Origin: Nitrosopumilaceae archaeon
GTDB lineage: Archaea > Thermoproteota > Nitrososphaeria > Nitrososphaerales > Nitrosopumilaceae
Reading direction: 5' to 3'
DNA length: 64,000 nt
Assembly: GCA_965203465.1 (NCBI GenBank)
Contig: CBDBCR010000003.1
Location: forward strand, 896,001-960,000
A program made the translations under genes and the position numbers. Numbering within the stretch: the stretch's first letter is position 1; each line of letters begins with the position of its first letter. This document shows, one piece after another, positions 38,204 through 47,198 of this stretch. Under the pieces are notes generated by a model. It was given only the letters and a program-made list of their open reading frames with translations. It searched no databases and was not told the DNA's origin.

Positions 38204-39239
38204 CGGCGCCGGCCCGGTACATGGGAGCGACGTCGTCCTCGCCCTTTCTGGGCGTCAGCTGCACCGACAGGAGCAGCCGCGTCCCCGAGTCCATCAGGCC
38301 GTGCAGGTAGGGCTTGCCGCCGGCCACCGCGACGCGCTTCTCGTCGGTCCTCCACAACTCTGAGACGGCCGGCCGCAGCCGGGCGCAGTATTCGATCAGG
38401 ATTTTGGAGAAGCGGCGGACTATGTTGCACACGGTTTTTGTGGACACTTTCACCTTCTCTGAGGCCAGCCACTTTGCTATCTTGGGGTACGGCATGCCGG
38501 AGGAGGCCATCTCTATCACCCGCGTCACGAATGCGGGGGGAAGCACGGTGTCCCCGAGCCCGGCGTTTGCCGAAAAGTGCCTGCCGCAGTCGAGGCACTT
38601 GTACTTTTGGTTCTCGTAGTTTTTGTTCACGCGCACGCCGTCAGTTTTCGAGTTGGCAGAGCCGCATTCGGGGCACGTGCCCGGCTCTATTTCCGGTATC
38701 ACTGCCGGCTCGGGCTCCTCGGGCGCGCGCGAACCGAACGCGGCGCGCGCCGCCAAGATGTGCTTGCAATCGACGTGCACGTAGCAGTGCCAGAGGCACG
38801 TGCAGACCCACGGGCCGCCCGCGTCGAGCACCGTGTATTTTTTCCCCGGAACCGTGTAGGACTGCACCGAATAGCAGCTCCGGCCGTGCCGCACCGCCAG
38901 TCCGCGGGCCGCGGACGGCCGGTATCCGCCTTTTCTGAGCGCGAGCAGCCGATCCACGCCTCCGGCCGCGGCGACGGGCATATAAACACGTGGAATAATA
39001 GTTTTTAACAAACGGCGTGCCCGGAATTGACATGGGAAGATGGCAAAAGGACGCCAAAGAGTTCACCGTCAGCGTCACCTACCACGATACCCGGGGCTGC
39101 CAGGGGTACCTTCCGAAGCCGGTCATGGACAGGCTGGGGTGCCCCTCCCGCATAACCTACAGGATCGTGCGCGGGAAAATAGAGGTGACCGCGGCCAGGG
39201 ACTAGCGAAAGGCAAAACGACGTATATTACATGCATCCG
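38204..39239 (-). mobile_element. Inverted, 3'-truncated copy of the AbrB-carrying IS6-like element
   Basis: Reverse complement of 36581-37613; TIR at 39219-39239; the transposase breaks off exactly at the right TIR of the first copy. Confidence 0.88.
39032..39205 (+). CDS. Small AbrB-like protein (second IS copy)
   Basis: Identical to 36615-36788. Confidence 0.75.
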   Translation: MGRWQKDAKEFTVSVTYHDTRGCQGYLPKPVMDRLGCPSRITYRIVRGKIEVTAARD

Positions 39240-39951
39240 TGTACGGTGCCCACCGAGACGGGCAGGCCGTCGCGGCCCATGCGGCCGGCGTTCATCCTGT
39301 GCGGCATGCGGTCGGCGAAGTTGCCCACGATGCTGGCGCACGCGTTGCGGCCCGGGTTTCCCTCGTCGGGCAGGCCCGTCTCGGGCTCCATGCCGCAGCT
39401 GTCGCACTCGGCGCAGTCGTAGACGTTTACCGTATGGCACGTAGTGGTCGCCCTGACGGGGCGCGGGGCCTCGTGACGTAGCGTATCTTTTTCCTGACGA
39501 CCCGTATCCTGCGCGAGCCGCAGCCGCTGCACTCGCTCATCTTGTGCTCTTCGAACTTATCCGGCTTTGGCTTGCGCGTCTTGTCCGGGTGCCCCTTTTG
39601 CGCGCCCCTCTTCCCGCCCGACGGGGCCGCGCCCCTGCCTATCTTGTCCTGGGTTTCCGTCCTGTGCGACGGCGGCGTGTGCGTGTTGTCGTACCGTTTC
39701 TGGATCTTTTCCAGCTTTTCCGCCCGCGCGGCGAGCCGGGCCGCCGAGCCCTCCGCCCTCCGCCTCGCTTTCCGCTCCCCCGCCAGCTCCTGCTTGGCGA
39801 ACGCAAGCTCCGCCTGCGAGTGCAGATAGTCGAGTTCGGCCCTGTCGGCCTCGGCGTTCGTCCGCTGCTCGGCCTGGAGCCTCCCGGTCCTTTCCTCCTT
39901 GAACCTGCGCTTCCATTCCGCGCACTTGCGAGCCGCTTCCCTGCAATCCAA
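39240..39951 (-). pseudogene. IS66-family transposase N-terminal fragment, frameshifted and truncated by the IS6-like copy
   Basis: Coiled coil, YDNTHTPPS, KRGAQKGH, CSGCG Zn finger; downstream frame CAECDSCG...LPDEGN.G. Confidence 0.8.
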
Positions 39952-40192
39952 CGGCTGACGTAAAACGTACTAGTATTTAGATCGCTGCTGTCAAAAAATT
40001 TCATCACGGAGTGAAAATTCAGGCACGACGTGAACACATACCTTGCGTTTTGTAGGCGTATCGTGGTTCTTTACCGTCTTTACATATCTCTCCACGGGTG
40101 TGCTTATCCGTATGATTATAAGAACATTCCGTATCAGCACGAATGATATCATATCGAATAAGGCTTAATAAGGCTCCTCCGGAGGGGTGGCC

Positions 40193-40360
40193 GTGTCGAA
40201 GTGGAAGAGCGGCGAGACGGACTTCACGGTGAGCGTAAGCAGGGACAATAGAGACTCTTATGTGTGCCGCCTGCCCAAACCGCTCGTGAAAAAGCTGGGC
40301 TTGGACGGCAGGATACGCTTCCGCGTGTTCAAGAGCCGCGTGGAGGTGAGCAAGCCTTGA
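40193..40360 (+). CDS. Small AbrB-like protein (55 aa, not in ORF track), coupled to the methyltransferase
   Basis: MSKWKSGETDFTVSVSRDNRDSYVCRLPKPLVKKLGLDGRIRFRVFKSRVEVSKP is homologous to the IS passenger. Its TGA overlaps TTG 40357. Confidence 0.75.
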   Translation: MSKWKSGETDFTVSVSRDNRDSYVCRLPKPLVKKLGLDGRIRFRVFKSRVEVSKP

Positions 40361-40923
40361 CCGGCCGTGCGACCGGTGGAAAATACAAGACGGTCGTCAT
40401 CGACCCTCCTTGGAGAATCACCGCCACAGGCCCCAACTCGAAACCGTGTCGTGGGGTGCTCAAGCGCCGTTTGGATTACAGAACCATGACCGACCGAGAG
40501 ATCGCCGACTTTCCAATAGACGATTTTGCCGCATCCTCGTGTAACCTTTTTGTCTGGTCTATCCAGAGCCGCTTGCCGTTCACGATGGATCTTATACGCA
40601 AGTGGGGATTCAACTACTACTGCACATTCACATGGGTGAAAAATACAGGCATTACGATGCAGGGCGTCTTTCGCAACAGTGAATTCGTAGTATTCGGATA
40701 TCGCGGACCTTTCAATATACCGTTCACCGGAAGGGCGGTACCAGCCGCATTCAAGGCCCGTACTGGAATCCACTCCCAGAAACCAAGCGAATTTTACGAA
40801 CTGGTGCGAACCAAGACCAAGCCTCCTAGAATAGATGTGTTTGCACGCCAAAGACATCCCGGTTTCGATGTGTGGGGAGACGAGGCTGTCGAGAGACCCC
40901 TCATCGAAGAGTGCCTATTCTAG
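40357..40923 (+). CDS. MT-A70 family amino-methyltransferase (probably m6A DNA MTase)
   Basis: YKTVVIDPPW, YRTMT..EI..FPI, LFVWS, WGF.Y....TWVK, HSQKPSEFY, RIDVFAR...GFDVWGDE. Confidence 0.9.
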   Translation: MTGRATGGKYKTVVIDPPWRITATGPNSKPCRGVLKRRLDYRTMTDREIADFPIDDFAASSCNLFVWSIQSRLPFTMDLIRKWGFNYYCTFTWVKNTGITMQGVFRNSEFVVFGYRGPFNIPFTGRAVPAAFKARTGIHSQKPSEFYELVRTKTKPPRIDVFARQRHPGFDVWGDEAVERPLIEECLF

Positions 40924-40984
40924 CGGGCGTTGAAAATTTCGCCTCCCCCTCCACGCATCAGACAGGCGGGGGCAAAATCTTCCA

Positions 40985-41186
40985 TGACCGGCAGACCCTG
41001 TATCAAATCTTATCTGGGAGGGGAGCATGGCTCTCCGAGATGGGCCCGAGAGTTGAACTATTCTTACCCCGCATGAGGGTGACCGGCAGACCCTGTATCA
41101 AATCTTATCTGGGAGGGGAGCATGGCTCTCCGAGATGGGCCCGAGAGTTGAACTATTCTTACCCCGCATGAGGGTGACCGGCAGAC
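40985..41186 (+). repeat. Exact 95-bp tandem duplication of the IS110 left end
   Basis: 40985-41079 equals 41080-41174, plus a third TGACCGGCAGAC at 41175-41186. Confidence 0.95.
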
Positions 41187-41255
41187 TAACTCACAACAAT
41201 AGGCGGACGGGGTACTACCCCACAGAGGGTGAATGGGAGCTTTCCGCTCAATCGG
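41095..41255. ncRNA. Bridge/seek-RNA-like ncRNA with two internal loops
   Basis: Loop A: stem GAGTTG/TAACTC, strands AACTATTCT and ACCGGCAGAC, cap TACCC-N7-GGGTG. Loop B: stem GCGGA/TCCGC, strands CGGGGTAC and AATGGGAGCTT, cap TACCC-N6-GGGTG. Loop A strands match the element's circle junction. Confidence 0.75.
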
Positions 41256-41295
41256 GCAAATCCACAAATCCAATGGCTTCGAAGGAGGTGACACA

Positions 41296-42369
41296 TTGAT
41301 CAACATTGGGATAGACGTGCACAAAAAGATGTGCGTGGCGACAATAAAAGGAAACGGCAAGGATATAATAGAACAGACCGAATTCAAGAACAGCAAAAAA
41401 GACATAGAGGCGTTCGCGGCACACGTAAAGAAGACGCACGGCAAAAACGCCAGGGCGGTCTGCGAGGCGACCGGCAATTACTGGATGATACTGCACGACA
41501 CGCTGGAGGACTGCGGCATCGACACGATCCTAGCTCACCCGGCCAAGACCAAGGCCATAGCCCAGGCAAAACTAAAGGACGACAAGGTGGACTCGGAGGT
41601 GCTCGCGGACTTGCTACTCATGGACATGGTTTACGAGTCGTTCGTGCCTGACGAGCGCTACAGGAACCTGCGCAACCTGGCCAGAACCCGGCTCGACAGG
41701 GTCCGCACGGCGACGGAGCAGAAGAACAAGATAACTGCGCTTCTGGCCAAATACGAGCACAAGCTTCCCACAAAGACGAAATTCTCAAAGACCAACTTGA
41801 AGTGGATGCGAACCGTAAGCGTCTCGCCGGTGGACAGGCTGTCGCTGGACTCGTACCTCGACACGCTGCAGCTGATGCAGAAACAGACGGAAACGCTGGA
41901 GCGCGAGATAGCTTCCGAATGCATGGACGACGATAGGGCAAAGCTCGTCATGACGGTCACCGGAATAGGATACGTTACCGCGCTGACCATAATCGCAGAG
42001 ATAGTAGACGTAAAGAGATTCAGGACGGCCGAAAAACTCGTCTCGTACGCGGGCCTTTCTCCGTCCCACCGGAACAGCGGCGAGACCAAGCGCGGCGGCG
42101 GCATAACCAAAAAGGGGTCCGTCTGGTTAAGGAACGCCATGGTGGAGGCGGCCAACGTCGCGGCGCGCTACGACGCTCGAATGTCTTCGACCTACGAGCG
42201 GCTGTCGAAAAGGATAGGCAAAAAGAAAGCGAGGGTGGCCATCGCGCGCCGCCTGACGGAGGTAGTCTGGCACATACTGACCGACATGGCCGAATACCGG
42301 ACGCAGGACAAGGATCTAGTGCAGCGAAAGTATAAAGCGGCGGCGGCCAAAGCCCGCCCGCCTGACTGA
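41296..42369 (+). CDS. IS110-family DEDD transposase/recombinase
   Basis: IGIDVHK, CEATG, KDDKVDS, GIG...ALTIIAEI, YAGLSP...NSG, ITKKG...LR, A.VAIARRL. SD GGAGGTG precedes TTG 41296. Confidence 0.95.
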   Translation: MINIGIDVHKKMCVATIKGNGKDIIEQTEFKNSKKDIEAFAAHVKKTHGKNARAVCEATGNYWMILHDTLEDCGIDTILAHPAKTKAIAQAKLKDDKVDSEVLADLLLMDMVYESFVPDERYRNLRNLARTRLDRVRTATEQKNKITALLAKYEHKLPTKTKFSKTNLKWMRTVSVSPVDRLSLDSYLDTLQLMQKQTETLEREIASECMDDDRAKLVMTVTGIGYVTALTIIAEIVDVKRFRTAEKLVSYAGLSPSHRNSGETKRGGGITKKGSVWLRNAMVEAANVAARYDARMSSTYERLSKRIGKKKARVAIARRLTEVVWHILTDMAEYRTQDKDLVQRKYKAAAAKARPPD

Positions 42370-42463
42370 GCACACACTCGTTTGCAGTGGCCCGTCAATC
42401 CGGGAAGATTTGATATGGGAGAATAGGCAGCTAATCTAAATAGTGGCATCGTCAGGATCCCAC

Positions 42464-43003
42464 ATGAGCCGTCGCGAGAAAGCACCGGTGCAAGATCAGG
42501 GGCGCGAAGAAAAGATGATCCGCATGCTCGGCCTTAGAGGGGTTGTCGGACGCCTTGGCCACGACGCGGAGGACGATGATGGCCATACATTCGAACTAAA
42601 GTCAACAACGAAGAACAGTTTCGGAACCGGCAGAGATGTCTCTATCAACATGATCGGTAGGTGGAGGACGCGCCACTGGATATTCGCTGTTGGCACCAAC
42701 TACAGGGATGGTTTTGAGATAGATGCCATGTACCTCTGCACCCCGACCATGATGAAGGAGCAGTTTGATCTATTTGAAGCGCGGTTTGGGCCCGATCTGA
42801 CTCTACGCGACACGGTGATCGGATACATCAAAAAGCTCCTGAAAAAGAGTCAAATTGAGCGGCTCACATACCTCATAGATCGCGGGATGACGTATAACAA
42901 CCCACACATCAGCCTCAAATACGTCCGAGAACATGGAATAGAACTAGATTTGGCAGATGCCGCCCAAAGCCTAAAGCGGGCGATGAATCAGCATGCCAAC
43001 TAA
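42464..43003 (+). CDS. PvuII-like PD-(D/E)XK restriction endonuclease
   Basis: GHDAEDDDGHTFELKS...IGRWRTRHWIFAV...NNPHISLKYVREHG mirrors PvuII (GNDAVD...ELKS...IAKYR..PWIFA...NNPKI...YV.EHG). Confidence 0.75.
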   Translation: MSRREKAPVQDQGREEKMIRMLGLRGVVGRLGHDAEDDDGHTFELKSTTKNSFGTGRDVSINMIGRWRTRHWIFAVGTNYRDGFEIDAMYLCTPTMMKEQFDLFEARFGPDLTLRDTVIGYIKKLLKKSQIERLTYLIDRGMTYNNPHISLKYVREHGIELDLADAAQSLKRAMNQHAN

Positions 43004-43179
43004 GCGTTTGTCACGAATTTACGAATGCGTGTAATGCATCTGTTGCCCTTGCGCCGGCCTTTTGGCATTGCCTTTTTGTTCTGCCCGTGCACGATCTCGT
43101 GCGTGACGTAGGGAAGATCAGACTCCTGCCGAGGCTGGCTCGATCGGAGACGCCTAGCAGACGCAAATTATATGCGTTT

Positions 43180-43640
43180 AAATTGAAAAGATAAGAGGCC
43201 TGAGAAGGCCGAAAAAGGAAAGTACAGGGCCAATGCGACCCTGTACGAGAGCTCCACGCCCCGTTGTCTAAAGTCGCCGTTCAACTCTAGGCACAAGTGC
43301 CGCAAAAAACACGGAGCGCGCGGAAGCGACGGATCCGGCTCGGACAGGCCGGTGCGACCGGACGGCGAGGGTGCAAGAGGTCCGCCGGAGGGGCACACTG
43401 GCGTCTCGCACACCAACGTGCCCGTGCTGTGGAGAAAATACGAGATCTAGTGCTGCGCATGCGGGGCAGAGTTTCAAGACGTGGGCTGCATACACAAGAC
43501 GGTGTCCAATTTCGACAAGTGCAAAAAGATGGTTACGTTATGGCGGTTCTAGAGACGGGCGGTGCTCGGACTGCAATAAGCGGGTCGGTGCCCCGTCCCC
43601 GTTCCTAGAGGGCACATCGCGGGGGTCAGTGGCGTTCGGT
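43180..43640 (+). pseudogene. Degenerate IS66-family transposase fragment
   Basis: GPPEGHTGVSH, CACG, CSDC...SPFLEGTS parallel the adjacent IS66 protein; contains stops and frameshifts. Confidence 0.6.
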
Positions 43641-45561
43641 GTAGACTCAGGTCGACTTGGAGGCCGTGCCTGAGGACGCCGGCACCGGAGGCCGCCGGTG
43701 GGGGTTCTGGCGGCGTTTCGGGCCGCCGGGTCATTTTTCAGCACTTCAAAGCTGTATTTTTTTGACCATACGGGTTTATCGATCTCCGGATCCAGGGCAG
43801 GTCCGTGCCGGACTCGGAGACCACGATAGTGCGCAGGGAGCTCGTCAAGGTCGTGCGGGAGAAAGATCAGCTCGAGAAGGATCACGCCGGGTACAAGGAC
43901 TACGCGGAAGCGCGGTTTCTGGGGTACGAGCGCGAGATAGCGGAGCTGAAGCTGAACTCGGCCGCCAACGCCGGACCCTGCCCCCGCTGCGCGGGCGGGC
44001 AGGGCAAGGACGCGCAGTCCGAAAGCGACCTGGTGAAGGAACTCAGATGCCAGATAAAAGAGGCCAACAGAAAGCTGGACATGTACGACAGCCACAACAA
44101 CCCGAGCGCCAAGGACTACAACCGCAAGCGCGCCGAGTTCCGCAAAAAGCACGGGACGTACGACAGGCAGGCCGGAACCGGGCGGATCGGCCCGCCGGTG
44201 GGGCACAAGGGGGTCTCGCACGGCCGCAAGGCAGACGAGGTCGCGCGGTACGAGCTGGACGCGTGCCCCGTGTGCGGAAGCGCCGGGAGCCTGTCGGCCG
44301 AGCGCCCGAGCGTAAAGCTTCTGGTGGAATGGGACAAGACGGTCACGATCGTGGCCGCGAGGGCGTGGTGCTGCAGGTGCAGGACGATGGTGGTGGCCGA
44401 CTCGCCGTCGATCAGGGGCACGCACATGGGCCCGCGCATGCTCGGAATCGTGGCCGAATACGCGGCCGAATGCTCCACCGACAGGGCGATATCGCGCTAT
44501 CTGGAGAGGCTGCACGGCCTGCGCGCCTGCCCCAACTCGGCGCGCTCGGCGCGCATGGCGCTGACCTCGCTCTTGGAAAAGCTGGCGCTGCTCGTGCGCG
44601 ACTACATAATCAAGCACGCCGACTACGTGCACCGCGACGAGACGCCCATCATAATCGCCGGCAAGATCGGGTACGTGTGGCTGGTCTGCTGGGGGCCGGC
44701 CGTCTTCATCGTCGTGGCCGGCAGCAGGGCGCGGGCCGTCCTGGACGTCTTTTTTCCGGCATGCACGACATCCCGTCCGTCACCGACGAGTACGCCGCGT
44801 ACGCGTACCTGTCGGTGAGGCAGTCGTGCCTGATCCACATACTGCGCCGCGCCGAGAAATGCGCCGTGCGGTCCGGCAAGGGGTCGGACTTGATACCGTA
44901 CCTGCTCCTGCTCGGCATGTACTTTCGCGTAAAGCGCATGGACACCGCGCCCCCCGAGGCCGTGGCGGAACTGGAGGGGCAGGTGCGGGCGATCGCCGAC
45001 ATGTACGGGGAGGGCCACGAGATAAACACCGCCCTGACCAACTCGCTGCCGACCATGTTTACGTTCCTAAAGCACCCGGGCATACCGCCCCACAACAACC
45101 GCGCCGAGCAGGAGCTGCACGCCGGGCCGTCCAAGGAGAAGCGGGTGCGGCGGCAGCTGAAGAACCACAACGGAATGAGGTGCATGTCGGTCCTTTCGAC
45201 GGTGTTCCGCACTGCCGAGAACCTCGGCGTCTGGCCGTCCACCGTAGTGCGGATGACGGCGCGCGACCCGGACTGGGACATGTGCGCGCACGCAGACGGC
45301 CCCGGCCGCCCCTTGGCTCGCAGGCCCGGCGCCCGGCAGCCTTTTCGGGCGCCGCCGCCTGACGCGCATCCGTCCACGGCGCAAACGCGCGCCGCAAACA
45401 GGGGCCGTTCTCCGGCCCCGGTCGCAGTTGGGCCGGTCCGCCGCCGGGCGGCGGCCCGGCGCCGTTTCCCCACGCAGCGGAGCCCGAGCCTGCGCGCGAC
45501 GGCGCCGCGCATGCCAAACCGGAGCAGCCTAGGCACGCCAGTCAAATCGACCTGAGTCTAC
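43641..45561 (+). mobile_element. IS66-family (single-ORF type) element
   Basis: TIR GTAGACTCAGGTCGA(C/T)TTG at 43641 and its reverse complement ending at 45561; no direct target repeat seen. Confidence 0.85.
43805..45555 (+). pseudogene. IS66 transposase frameshifted at a T run near 44750
   Basis: YDSHNNPS, GPPVGHKG, CPVCG, HRDET; second frame VTDEYAAY, QSCLIHILR, HNNRAEQEL. Confidence 0.85.
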
Positions 45562-45721
45562 ACGCGGAACCTGGGATTCTGCCGTTTCCGGTTCCCGGAT
45601 CGTGCGCCCGGACTGCTGAGCCGCGGTTGTCGAAGGCCCGTCTCTGATCGGCGGTAGTCACGGAACTGGCACCGACGGCAAGGCGGCGCCTGTTCACGGC
45701 CGCGGTCTCGCATGCCGACTC

Positions 45722-45804
45722 CATAACACCACTCAGATGTATTTCCCCCCACCCTAGCCTACGCCCGAAGTACGAGAGGGAAATTGTTTTGGCGTGGTGT
45801 TATA
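45722..45804. repeat. About 80-bp dispersed hairpin repeat, copy 2
   Basis: ATAACACCAC...GTGGTGTTAT; ATTTCCC/GGGAAAT inner stem; similar to 15108-15188. Confidence 0.75.
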
Positions 45805-45911
45805 GGATTGGAAACGCCGCCGTGCAGGCTAGACTGTCGGCCGCGTCCGTCCGCATTATGGCAGTACCGGAGGCATCCCTGCTTTGAGCCACGGCTGGAT
45901 CATGTGGGATC

Positions 45912-47198
45912 TCACACGGTCGGATCCGATATCTTGCCCATGAACAGTATAAGGCCGCTCTGCTCGTCGTATATGGCGAACAGGAACGGGCGGTCGGCGT
46001 TGAAGTACGACAGGGGCGGGGGCGCTGACTCGCGCAGTGTTATAACCGTGACGGCCGCCGCTTCCGTCCCTTCTTCGTTCACCTTTACGTACGCGTCGTG
46101 CGTTGCCCTATCTACATACAGACTGTCGTTGTCGGAAAGATCGCCCAGATCTGCCCTGGAAGTGAAAACATCAGACATTCCCAGATCTATGAGGTCTGTC
46201 TTTAGGTCATACTTCGTCTTTGTCTCAAACTTTGGCAACGACACTACTACGTCTTGTGGTTCCAGCATCCCGATATACTCCGACATTTGCTTGGCGGACA
46301 TTTCGGCCTCCAGTCTTTCTATGCCGCCCGTCTCGCTAGGCAGCACCGTCAGCATGGAGAGCCGGTCTCCCTCGTACGGCAGCCGGAGAATCTGGGCGCC
46401 CTCCGTGTCGGCATAGTCGAAGTTGTTCTTTACGTGCATAAATTCTGCGTCAATGCCATCCTCGTCTATCCAAAACTTGCCCTCTCTCGTGTCCTCTTTC
46501 GGAAACTGGACCAGCCAAGTCCCCTTGAAATAGACGGCGTTGGTGATCACCGCGGCGGTGGAGCCGTCGACGTCTCTGTCGTCGAGCACCTCTTGGATCT
46601 TGCCTCTGGTCTTTTCAGCCGCCCAGTCGTTCACCTTTTTCACGCCCGGCTTTCCTTCCCCCGCAAAGTCGACCGTCTCAACGGTCGCAAGGTACGTATT
46701 GCGCGCGATGTCAAGATACTGCTCGTACGGCTCGAACCAGTCTGCAAGCCACAGCGCGTTGGCCGTCTCGAGGACCGCGTGCGGGTCTTCGGCGTTTAGC
46801 GCGGCCATCATGTTCGCGGAGGCGGAGTGGCGTGCCGCGTCGTCGGGCTCGAACCCGAACACGTCGAGCATCTGCCCGGCCGTCTCGCCGCGCGCCCCCT
46901 CGTACAGCACGGAAAAGGCCGTATAGACGCTGACCGGCGAGAAAAAGACGTTCTCGTCTGTCTCGTACACTTTTCTGTAAAAGTCAAAGGCGAATTCGTT
47001 GACAGACTCTGCAATCTGCGGGGGCACCTCGGGCGAGTCGAGGGCGGAGGCGTGCAGTATCTGGACGGGTTCCGGGGGGCCTCTTGCGGGATCCTGCGGG
47101 GTTCCTTGCGGCATCATCGCTGGCAACCCTGCCGAACCAAGCGCAAGGACGGCGGCCGACGCCGCGGCTGCGATCATAGCAGTGTAGATCCGCTTCAT
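45912..47198 (-). CDS. Secreted serpin (serine protease inhibitor)
   Basis: Signal peptide; NVFFSPVS, TNAVYFKGTW...F, LPY, VSLPKF, hinge EEGTEAAAVT, FNADRPFLFAI...ILFMGKI.DP. Confidence 0.95.
   Translation of the reverse strand: MKRIYTAMIAAAASAAVLALGSAGLPAMMPQGTPQDPARGPPEPVQILHASALDSPEVPPQIAESVNEFAFDFYRKVYETDENVFFSPVSVYTAFSVLYEGARGETAGQMLDVFGFEPDDAARHSASANMMAALNAEDPHAVLETANALWLADWFEPYEQYLDIARNTYLATVETVDFAGEGKPGVKKVNDWAAEKTRGKIQEVLDDRDVDGSTAAVITNAVYFKGTWLVQFPKEDTREGKFWIDEDGIDAEFMHVKNNFDYADTEGAQILRLPYEGDRLSMLTVLPSETGGIERLEAEMSAKQMSEYIGMLEPQDVVVSLPKFETKTKYDLKTDLIDLGMSDVFTSRADLGDLSDNDSLYVDRATHDAYVKVNEEGTEAAAVTVITLRESAPPPLSYFNADRPFLFAIYDEQSGLILFMGKISDPTV

Larger units (their letters stand above)
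36581..38204 (+). mobile_element. IS6-like element carrying a divergent AbrB-like passenger gene; 21-bp TIRs
   Basis: GGGTGCATGTAATATACGTCG (36581-36601) matches the reverse complement of 38184-38204 at 20/21. The left boundary coincides with the end of homology to the empty allele at 19483. Confidence 0.85.
40990..42430 (+). mobile_element. IS110-family element with subterminal inverted repeats; core GGCAG at both junctions
   Basis: TATCAAATCTT (41001-41011) pairs with AAGATTTGATA (42405-42415). GGCAG at 40990-40994 and 42426-42430. Confidence 0.85.

Noticed and set aside
40985-41186. 95-bp repeat as a CRISPR or CRISPR-like guide array
   Set aside because: The units are identical with no variable spacer. 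It is explained as a duplicated IS110 left end.
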